DNA of 64,000 bases from the human T2T-CHM13v2.0 reference genome, Homo sapiens, in assembly GCF_009914755.1 (NCBI RefSeq), contig NC_060948.1. One strand, written 5' to 3'. Positions 1 to 11,008 of this stretch are shown in pieces. A program made the position numbers and the translations under genes. Below the pieces are notes generated by a model. It was not told the DNA's origin. It saw nothing but the letters and a program-made list of their open reading frames with translations, and did no database searches. Position 1 is the first letter of the stretch. Every line of letters begins with the position of its first letter.

Positions 1-382
1 AATGGAATGGAATGGAATGGGATGGAATGGTATGGAATGGATAGTAGTGGACTGGAGTGAAATGGACTGGAAAGGAATGGACTCAAATTGAAAGGGCTCG
101 AAAGGAATGGAGTCAAATGGAATGGTCTGGAATGGAATGAACACGAATGTAATGCAATCCAATAGAATGGAATCGAATGGCATGGAATATAAAGAAATGG
201 AATCGAAGAGAATGGAAACAAATGGAATGGAATTGAATGGAATGGAATTGAATGGAATGGGAACGAATGGAGTGAAATTGTATGCAGTAGAAGGGAATAG
301 AATGGAATGCAAGCGAAAGGAAAGGAATGGATTGGAATGGAATGGAATTCATTGGAATGGAAGGGAATGTAGTGTAATGGAC
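1..382 (+). repeat. Partial unit (3' tail, C-type)
   Basis: Carries the gatagtagtgg variant also seen in the tails of U3, U5, U7 and U8; EcoRI GAATTC at 345-350. Confidence 0.85.
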
Positions 383-758
383 AGGCCTGGAATAAAGTGG
401 AATGCTACGGTCTCGAATGGAATAAAAATGTATGGAATGGAATGCAATGAAACGGAATCGAATGTCATAAAATGTAATGGAATGCAAAAAAATGGAATCC
501 AAAATCATTGACTGGAAAGGCTGGGTGTCGAAAGGAATTGACTCCAATGGAATGGAATCGAATGGAGTGGAAGTGAATAGAATCGAACTAAATCGAATGG
601 AATGGAATTGATAGGAACGGAATGGAAAGGAATGCAATGATTTGGCACGGAATGGAATCGAATGGCATCGAATGGAATGGAATGGAATGCAATGGAATGG
701 AACGTATTAGAATGTAATGAACTTTAATGGAATGTACTCGAATGGATTCGACTGGAAT

Positions 759-773
759 GGAATGTTCTGGAAG
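759..773. promoter_or_regulatory. Consensus heat-shock element 1 (repeated in every unit at StuI+376)
   Basis: gGAAt gTTCt gGAAg matches nGAAn nTTCn nGAAn exactly. This is a motif match only; occupancy is not shown. Confidence 0.6.
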
Positions 774-1038
774 TGAATGGACTCCAATGGAATGGATTCA
801 AAAGGAATGGAATCGTACGGAATGGAATCTAATGGAATGGAATTAAATGGAAATGAATCAAATTGAATAGCATGGAATTGAATTGAATGGAATCGAATGC
901 AATGGAATCTAATGAAACGGAAAGGAAAGGAATGGAATGGAATGGAATGGGCTGGAATGGAAAGGAATCGAAACGAATGGAATGGAATCGAACTGAAGAG
1001 ACTGGAATGGAATGCACTGGAATGGAAGGGAGTGTAAT

Positions 1039-1053
1039 GGAAGGTTCTCGAAA
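1039..1053. promoter_or_regulatory. Consensus heat-shock element 2 (repeated at StuI+656)
   Basis: gGAAg gTTCt cGAAa matches nGAAn nTTCn nGAAn exactly. Motif match only. Confidence 0.6.
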
Positions 1054-2034
1054 AAAATGGAATCGAATGGAATGGAATTGAATGGAACGGAATAGAGTCG
1101 AATGGAATTGAATGGAATGGAATGGACTAGAGTGAAATGGAATCGAACCACAAGGAATGGACAGGAATAGAATGGTCTCGAATTGAATGGAATCGTATGG
1201 AATGGCATCAAACGGAATGGAATGGACAGCCACGGAATGGAATGCACTCGAATGCAATGGAGTCGAAACTAATGGACTGGAATAGAATGGACTCGACTGG
1301 TACGGACTCCAATGGAATGGAATCGAATGGAAGGGAATCGAACGGAATGGACTCGAAGGGAAAAGACTGCAATGGAAAGGTCTCGAATGGAATGGAAATA
1401 AATGGAATGGAATGGAATCGAATGAAATGGAGTCAAAAGGAATGGAATCGAATGGCAAGAAATCGAATGTAATGGAATCGCAAGGAATTGATGTGAACGG
1501 AACGGAATGGAATGGAATCCAAAGGAATGGAATAGAATGGAATGGAATCGAATGGAAAGGACTCGAATGGAAATCACTCGAATAGAATGCAATTTAATAA
1601 AATAGGACCAAATGTAATGGAATGGAATGGAAAGGAATCGAAACGGAAGGAATGGAGACAGATGGAATGGAATGGAACAGAGAGCAATGGTATAGAATGG
1701 AATGGAATCATCTGGAATGGAATGGAATGGAATGGAATGAAATGCCCTTGAATTAAATGGACTGGAATGGAATGGACTCGAACAGAGTGGAATGGAAAGT
1801 GTTGAGATAGAATGGAATGGACTCTTTTGGAATGGTCTAGTATGCAATGCAATCGACTGGCAGGGAATCAAAAGGAATGTAATCGAATGGATTGGACTGG
1901 AATGCAATGGACTCGAATAGATTGCAAACGGAATGCAAAGGAATGGAATGGAATAGTATGGAATGGAATGGAAAGGAATGGAGTGGAATAGACTAGAGTG
2001 GAATGGATTGGACTGGAAAGAAATGGACTGGAAT

Positions 2035-2049
2035 GGAACTTTCTTGAAT
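2035..2049. promoter_or_regulatory. Consensus heat-shock element 3 (StuI+1652 in A-type units, about +1682 otherwise)
   Basis: gGAAc tTTCt tGAAt matches nGAAn nTTCn nGAAn exactly. Motif match only. Confidence 0.6.
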
Positions 2050-3906
2050 GGACTGGAATCAAACGGAATGGAATGCAATGCAATCAAATGGAATGGAATA
2101 AAATAGAATGAAAGAGAATCAAATGGAATTGAATCGAATGGAATCGAATGGATTGGAAAGGAATAGAATGGAATGGAATGGAATTGACTCAAATGGAATG
2201 GACTAGAATGGAATGGATTCGAATGGAAGGCAAAGGAATGGAATCTATTGGAATGGACTGTAATGGAATGGAATGGAAGGGATTGGAATGGACTCGAATG
2301 GAATGGACTGCAATAGAAAGGATTCGAATGGAATGAAAAAGAATTGAATGGAATAGAACAGAATGGAATCAAATCGAATGAAATGGAATGGAATAGAAAG
2401 GAATGGAATGAAATGGAATGGAAAGGATTCGAATGGAATGCAATCGAATGGAATGGAATCGAACGGAATGGAATAAAATGGAAGAAAACTGGCAAGAAAT
2501 GGAATCGAAATGAATGGAGTGTTATGGAACGGACTCAAAAGGAATTGAATGTAATAGAATGGAGTGGAGTGGACTCGAATATAATGGACTGGAATGGAAT
2601 GAAATCACATGGAATGGGAACGAATGGAATGGAATGGAAAGGAATGGAATCGAATGGAAAGGAATCGAATGGAAGGGAATGCAATTGAATCAACAGGAAT
2701 GGAAGGGAATAGAATAGACGGTAATGGAATGGACTCGAATAGAATGGACACGAATGCTCAAATTGAATGGACTCGAATGGAATGGAAATGAAAGGAATGT
2801 CATCGAATGGAATTGAATCGATTGGAATGAAATCGCATAGAATGGAGTGGAATCAAATGGAATTGAATCGAAAGGAAAGGAAGCGAATGGACTGAAATGA
2901 AATGGAATGGAATTGAATGGAAAGTAATGCAATGGAATAGAATGGAACGAAATTTCACGGAATGGAATCAAACTGAATGGAATCAAATCAATGGAATCAA
3001 ATCAAATGGAATGGAAAGGAATTGAATGGAGTAGATTGGATTGGATGGGATTGGAATGAAATGTACTGGAAAGGACTCGAATTTCATGAAACGGAATGGA
3101 ATGAATTGGAACGGAATGGACTCGAATGGAATGGAATGTCAGGGAATGGCATCAAATGGAATGGCATCAAATGGAATGGAATCGAATGCAATGGAATGCT
3201 ATGGAATGGAATGGAATGCATTGGAATGGAATGTCCTCTAATGGAATGGATTCGAGTGGAATGGAATCGAATATAATGGAGTCGAATGAAATGGAATTGA
3301 AAGCAATGGGATCGAATACAATGGAATATATTGGAATGTAATGTAATGAACTCGAATGTAATTGACTGGAATGGAATGTACATGAATGGAATGTAATCGA
3401 ATGGAAAGTAATCCAATGGAATAGAATCTAATGCAATAAAATCGACTCAGATAGAGTAGAATGTAATGGAATGGAGTGCAGTGCAATGGAATGGAATGGA
3501 ATGGAATGCAATGCAATGGAATGGAATGGAATGGAATGTGATGGGATGGAATGGTATGGAATGGATAGTAATGGACTGGAGTGAAATGGACTGGAAAGGA
3601 ATGGACTCAAATTGAAAGGGCTCGAAAGGAATGGAGTCAAATGGAATGGTCTGGAATAGAATGAACACGAATGTAATGCAATCCAATAGAATGGAATCGA
3701 ATGGCATGGAATATAAAGAAATGGAATCGAAGAGAATGGAAACAAATGGAATGGAATTGAATGGAATGGAATTGAATGGAATGGGAACGAATGGAGTGAA
3801 ATTGTATGCAGTAGAAGGGAATAGAATGGAAAGCAAGCGAAAGGAAAGGAATGGATTGGAATGGAATGGAATTCATTGGAATGGAAGGGAATGTAGTGTA
3901 ATGGAC

Positions 3907-6900
3907 AGGCCTGGAATAAAGTGGAATGCTACGGTCTCGAATGGAATAAAAATGTATGGAATGGAATGCAATGAAACGGAATCGAATGTCATAGAATGTA
4001 ATGGAATGCAAAAAAATGGAATCCAAAATCATTGACTGGAAAGGCTGGGTGTCGAAAGGAATTGACTCCAATGGAATGGAATCGAATGGAATGGAAGTGA
4101 ATAGAATCGAACTAAATCGAATGGAATGGAATTGATAGGAACGGAATGGAAAGGAATGCAATGATTTGGCATGGAATGGAATCGAATGGCATCGAATGGA
4201 ATGGAATGGAATGCAATGGAATGGAATGTATTAGAATATAATGAACTTTAATGGAATGTACTCGAATGGATTCGACTGGAATGGAATGTTCCGGAAGTGA
4301 ATGGACTCCAATGGAATGGATTCAAAAGGAATGCAATCGTACGGAATGGAATCTAATGGAATGGAATTAAATGGAAATGAATCAAATTGAATAGCACGGA
4401 ATTGAATTGAATGGAATGGAATGCAATGGAATCTAATGAAACGGAAAGGAAAGGAATGGAATGGAATGGAATGGGCTGGAATGGAAAGGAATCGAAACGA
4501 ATGGAATGGAATCGAACTGAAGAGACTGGAATGGAATGCACTGGAATGGAAGGGAGTGTAATGGAAGGTTCTCGAAAAAAATGGAATCGAATGGAATGGA
4601 ATTGAATGGAACGGAATAGAGTCGAATGGAATTGAATGGAATGGAATGGACTAGAGTGAAATGAATCGAACCACAAGGAATGGACAGGAATAGAATGGTC
4701 TCGAATTGAATGGAATCGTATGGAATGGCATCAAACGGAATGGAATGGACAGCCACGGAATGGAATGCACTCGAATGCAATGGAGTCGAAACTAATGGAC
4801 TGGAGTAGAATGGACTCGACTGGTACGGACTCCAATGGAATGGAATCGAATGGAAGGGAATCGAACGGAATGGACTCGAAGGGAAAAGACTGCAATGGAA
4901 AGGTCTCGAATGGAATGGAAATTAATGGAATGGAATGGAATCGACTGAAATGGAGTCAAAAGGAATGGAATCGAATGGCAAGAAATCGAATGTAATGGAA
5001 TCGCAAGGAATTGATGTGAACGGAACGGAATGGAATGGAATCCAAAGGAATGGAATAGAATGGAATGGAATCGAATGGAAAGGACTCGAATGGAAATCAC
5101 TCGAATAGAATGCAATTTAATAAAATAGGATCAAATGTAATGGAATGGAATGGAAAGGAATCGAAACGAAAGGAATGGAGACAGATGGAATGGAATGGAA
5201 CAGAGAGCAATGGTATAGAATGGAATGGAATCATCTGGAATGGAATTGAATGGAATGGAATAATATGAAATGGAATGGAATGGAATGGAATGGAATGCCC
5301 TTGAATTAAATGGACTAGAATGGAATGGACTCGAACAGAGTGGAATGGAAAGTGTTGAGATAGAATGGAATGGACTCCTTTGGAATGGTGTAGTATGCAA
5401 TGCAATCGACTGGCAGGGAATCAAAAGGAATGTAATGGAATGGATTGGACTGGAATGCAATGGACTCGAATAGATTGGAAACGGAATGCAAAGGAATGGA
5501 ATGGAATAGTATGGAATGGAATGGAAAGGAATGGAGTGGCATAGACTAGAGTGGAATGGAATGGACTGGAAAGCAATGGACTGGAATGGAACTTTCTTGA
5601 ATGGACTGGAATCAAACGGAATGGAATGCAATGCAATCAAATGGCATGGAATAAAATAGAATGAAAGAGAATCAAATGGAATTGAATCGAATGGAATCGA
5701 ATGGATTGGAAAGGAATAGAATGGAATGGAATGGAATTGACTCAAATGGAATGGACTAGAATGGAATGGATTCGAATGGAAGGCAAAGGAATGGAATCTA
5801 TTGGAATGGACTGTAATGGAATGGAATGGAAGGGATTGGAATGGACTCGAATGGAATGGACTGCAATAGAAAGGATTCGAATGGAATGAAAAAGAATTGA
5901 ATGGAATAGAACAGAATGGAATCAAATCGAATGAAATGGAATGGAATAGAAAGGAATGGAATGAAATGGAATGGAAAGGATTCGAATGGAATGCAATCGA
6001 ATGGAATGGAATCGAACGGAATGGAATAAAATGGAAGAAAACAGGCAAGAAATGGAATCGAAAGGAATGGAGTGTTATGGAACGGACTCAAAAGGAATTG
6101 AATGTAATAGAATGGAGTGGAGTGGACTCGAATATAATGGACTGGAATGGAATGAAATCACATGGAATGGGAACGAATGGAATGGAATGGAAAGGAATGG
6201 AATCGAATGGAAATGAATCGAATGGAAGGGAATGCAATTGAATCAACAGGAATGGAAGGGAATAGAATAGACGGTAATGGAATGGACTCGAATAGAATGG
6301 ACACGAATGCTCAAATTGAATGGACTCGAATAGAATGGAAACGAAAGGAATGTCATCGAATGGAATTGAATGGATTGGAATGAAATCGCATAGAATGGAG
6401 TGGAATCAAATGGAATTGAATCGAAAGGAAAGGAAGCGAATGGACTGAAATGAAATGGAATGGAATTGAATGGAAAGTAATGCAATGGAATAGAATGGAA
6501 CGAAATTTCACGGAATGGAATCAAACTGAATGGAATCAAATCAATGGAATCAAATCAAATGGAATGGAAAGGAATTGAATGGAGTAGATTGGATTGGATG
6601 GGATTGGAATGAAATGTACTGGAAAGGACTCGAATTTCATGAAACGGAATGGAATGAATTAGAACGGAATGGACTCGAATGGAATGGAATGTCATGGAAT
6701 GGCATCAAATGGAATGGCATCAAATGGAATGGAATAGAATGCAATGGAATGCTAAGGAATGGAATGGAATGCATTGGAATGGAATGTCCTCTAATGGAAT
6801 GGATTCGAGTGGAATGGAATGGAATATAATGGAGTCGAATGAAATGGAATTGGAAGGAATGGGATCGAATACAATGGAATATACTGGAATGTAATGTAAT

Positions 6901-7464
6901 GAACTCGAATGTAATTGACTGGAATGGAATGTACATGAATGGAATGTAATCGAATGGAAAGTAATCCAATGGAATAGAATCTAATGCAATAAAATCGACT
7001 CAGATAGAGTAGAATGTAATGGAATGGAGTGCAGTGCAATGGAATGGAATGCAATGGAATGCAATGGAATGGAATGGAATGGAATGGAATGGAATGGAAT
7101 GGGATGGAATGGTATGGAATGGATAGTAATGGACTGGAGTGAAATGGACTGGAAAGGAATGGACTCAAATTGAAAGGGCTCGAAAGGAATAGAGACAAAT
7201 GGAATGGTCTGGAATGGAATGAACACGAATGTAATGCAATCCAATAGAATGGAATCGAATGGCATGGAATATAAAGAAATGTAATCGAAGAGAATGGAAA
7301 CAAATGGAATGGAATTGAATGGAATGGAATTGAATGGAATGGGAACGAATGGAGTGAAATTGTATGCAGTAGAAGAGAATAGAATGGAATGCAAGCGAAA
7401 GGAAAGGAATGGATTAGAATGGAATGGAATTCATTGGAATGGAAGGGAATGTAGTGTAATGGAC
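3907..7464 (+). repeat. DYZ1 unit U2, 3,558 bp, B-type
   Basis: 1-bp deletion at ~4663 (gtgaaatgaatcg), gttccggaag at 4288, 12-pentamer variable tract. Confidence 0.9.
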
Positions 7465-10400
7465 AGGCCTGGAATAAAGTGGAATGCTACGGTCTCGAAT
7501 GGAATAAAAATGTATGGAATGGAATGCAATGAAACGGAATCGAATGTCATAGAATGTAATGGAATGCAAAAAAATGGAATCCAAAATCATTGACTGGAAA
7601 GGCTGGGTGTCGAAAGGAATTGACTCCAATGGAATGGAATCGAATGGAATGGAAGTGAATAGAATCGAACTAAATCGAATGGAATGGAATTGATAGGAAC
7701 GGAATGGAAAGGAATGCAATGATTTGGCATGGAATGGAATCGAATGGCATCGAATGGAATGGAATGGAATGCAATGGAATGGAATGTATTAGAATGTAAT
7801 GAACTTTAATGGAATGTACTCGAATGGATTCGACTGGAATGGAATGTTCTGGAAGTGAATGGACTCCAATGGAATGGATTCAAAAGGAATGGAATCGTAC
7901 GGAATGGAATCCAATGGGATGGAATTAAATGGAAATGAATCAAATTGAATAGCATGGAATTGAATTGAATGGAATGGAATGCAATGGAATCTAATGAAAC
8001 GGAAAGGAAAGGAATGGAATGGAATGGAATGGGCTGGAATGGAAAGGAATCGAAACGAATGGAATGGAATCGAACTGAAGAGACTGGAATGGAATGCACT
8101 GGAATGGAAGGGAGTGTAATGGAAGGTTCTCGAAAAAAATGGAATCGAATGGAATGGAATTGAATGGAACGGAATAGAGTCGAATGGAATTGAATGGAAT
8201 GGAATGGACTAGAGTGAAATGGAATCGAACCACAAGGAATGGACAGGAATAGAATGGTCTCGAATTGAATGGGATCGTATGGAATGGCATCAAACGGAAT
8301 GGAATGGACAGCCACGGAATGGAATGCACTCGAATGCAATGGAGTCGAAACTAATGGACTGGAATAGAATGGACTCGACTGGTACGGACTCCAATGGAAT
8401 GGAATCGAATGGAAGGGAATCGAACGGAATGGACTCGAAGGGAAAAGACTGCAATGGAAAGGTCTCGAATGGAATGGAAATTAATGGAATGGAATGGAAT
8501 CGAATGAAATGGAGTCAAAAGGAATGGAATCGAATGGCAAGAAATCGAATGTAATGGAATCGCAAGGAATTGATGTGAACGGAACGGAATGGAATGGAAT
8601 CCAAAGGAATGGAATAGAATGGAATGGAATCGAATGGAAAGGACTCGAATGGAAATCACTGGAATAGAATGCAATTTAATAAAATAGGATCAAATGTAAT
8701 GGAATGGAATGGAAAGGAATCGAAATGAAAGGAATGGAGACAGATGGAATGGAATGGAACAGAGAGCAATGGTATAGAATGGAATGGAATCATCTGGAAT
8801 GGAATTGAATGGAATGGAATAATATGAAATGGAATGGAATGGAATGGAATGGAATTCCCTTGAATTAAATGGACTGGACTCGAACAGAGTGGAATGGAAA
8901 GTGTTGAGATAGAATGGAATGGACTCCTTTGGAATGGTGTAGTATGCAATGCAATCGACTGGCATGGAATCAAAAGGAATGTAATGGAATGGATTGGACT
9001 GGAATGCAATGGACTCGAATAGATTGCAAACGGAATGCAAAGGAATGGAATGGAATAGTATGGAATGGAATGGAAAGGAATGGAGTGGAATAGACTAGAG
9101 TGGAATGGAATGGACTGGAAAGCAATGGACTGGAATGGAACTTTCTTGAATGGACTGGAATCAAACGGAATGGAATGCAATGCAATCAAATGGCATGGAA
9201 TAAAATAGAATGAAAGAGAATCAAATGGAATTGAATCGAATGGAATCGAATGGATTGGAAAGGAATAGAATGGAATGGAATGGAATTGACTCAAATGGAA
9301 TGGACTAGAATGGAATGGATTCGAATGGAAGGCAAAGGAATGGAATCTATTGGAATGGACTGTAATGGAATGGAATGGAAGGGATTGGAATGGACTCGAA
9401 TGGAATGGACTGCAATAGAAAGGATTCGAATGGAATGAAAAAGAATTGAATGGAATAGAACAGAATGGAATCAAATCGAATGAAATGGAATGGAATAGAA
9501 AGGAATGGAATGAAATGGAATGGAAAGGATTCGAATGGAATGCAATCGAATGGAATGGAATCGAACGGAATGGAATAAAATGGAAGAAAACAGGCAAGAA
9601 ATGGAATCGAAAGGAATGGAGTGTTATGGAACGGACTCAAAAGGAATTGAATGTAATAGAATGGAGTGGAGTGGACTCGAATATAATGGACTGGAATGGA
9701 ATGAAATCACATGGAATGGGAACGAATGGAATGGAATGGAAAGGAATGGAATCAAATGGAAAGGAATCGAATGGAAGGGAATGAAATTGAATCAACAGGA
9801 ATGGAAGGGAATAGAATAGACGGTAATGGAATGGACTCGAATAGAATGGACACGAATGCTCAAATTGAATGGACTCGAATGGAATGGAAACGAAAGGAAT
9901 GTCATCGAATGGAATTGAATGGATTGGAATGAAATCGCATAGAATGGAGTGGAATCAAATGGAATTGAATCGAAAGGAAAGGAAGCGAATGGACTGAAAT
10001 GAAATGGAATGGAATTGAATGGAAAGTAATGCAATGGAATAGAATGGAACGAAATTTCACGGAATGGAATCAAACTGAATGGAATCAAATCAATGGAATC
10101 AAATCAAATGGAATGGAAAGGAATTGAATGGAGTAGATTGGATTGGATGGGATTGGAATGAAATGTACTGGAAAGGACTCGAATTTCATGAAACGGAATG
10201 GAATGAATTGGAACGGAATGGACTCGAATGGAATGGAATGTCATGGAATGGCATCAAATGGAATGGCATCAAATGGAATGGAATCGAATGCAATGGAATG
10301 CTATGGAATGGAATGGAATGCATTGGAATGGAATGTCCTCTAATGGAATGGATTCGAGTGGAATGGAATCGAATATAATGGAGTCGAATGAAATGGAATT

Positions 10401-11008
10401 GAAAGGAATGGGATCGAATACAATGGAATATACTGGAATGTAATGTAATGAACTCGAATGTAATTGACTGGAATGGAATGTACATGAATGGAATGTAATC
10501 GAATGGAAAGTAATCCAATGGAATAGAATCTAATGCAATAAAATCGACTCAGATAGAGTAGAATGTAATGGAATGGAGTGCAGTGCAATGCAATGGAATG
10601 GAATGGAATGCAATGGAATGGAATGGAATGGAATGGAATGGAATGGGATGGAATGGTATGGAATGGATAGTAGTGGACTGGAGTGAAATGGACTGGAAAG
10701 GAATGGACTCAAATTGAAAGGGCTCGAAAGGAATGGAGTCAAATGGAATGGTCTGGAATGGAATGAACACGAATGTAATGCAATCCAATAGAATGGAATC
10801 GAATGGCATGGAATATAAAGAAATGGAATCGAAGAGAATGGAAACAAATGGAATGGAATTGAATGGAATGGAATTGAATGGAATGGGAACGAATGGAGTG
10901 AAATTGTATGCAGTAGAAGGGAATAGAATGGAATGCAAGCGAAAGGAAAGGAATGGATTGGAATGGAATGGAATTCATTGGAATGGAAGGGAATGTAGTG
11001 TAATGGAC
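7465..11008 (+). repeat. DYZ1 unit U3, 3,544 bp, C-type
   Basis: 10-bp deletion (ggactggactcg at 8871), gggatcgtat at 8271, extra EcoRI site at 8852. Confidence 0.9.

Larger units (their letters stand above)
383..3906 (+). repeat. DYZ1 unit U1, 3,524 bp, A-type
   Basis: StuI AGGCCT at 383 and 3907; 30-bp shorter segment at ~1714-1743; 11-pentamer variable tract. Confidence 0.9.

Noticed and set aside
107-511. Recurrent plus-strand 134-aa MEWNG-rich ORF and similar short ORFs
   Set aside because: These are direct translations of (GGAAT)n. Recurrence reflects the DNA repeat, and copies in the U2 and U4 tails contain stops.
519-530. GC-rich island ggctgggtgtcg (also gacaggcctgg, gacagccacgg) as foreign inserts or G-quadruplex
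   Set aside because: They stay in the 5-bp register, so they are heavily substituted pentamers, and there are too few G3 runs for a canonical G4.
2948-3090. Additional partial HSE-like sites (cgaaatttcacggaa; tttcatgaaa)
   Set aside because: Only two correctly spaced nGAAn/nTTCn units each, so they were not counted as full elements.
391-3440. AATAAA hexamers (~391, 421, 1596, 2096, 2472, 3434) as polyadenylation signals
   Set aside because: They arise easily from ggaat+aaa variants. There is no gene context, and transcript 3' ends cannot be inferred from the sequence.
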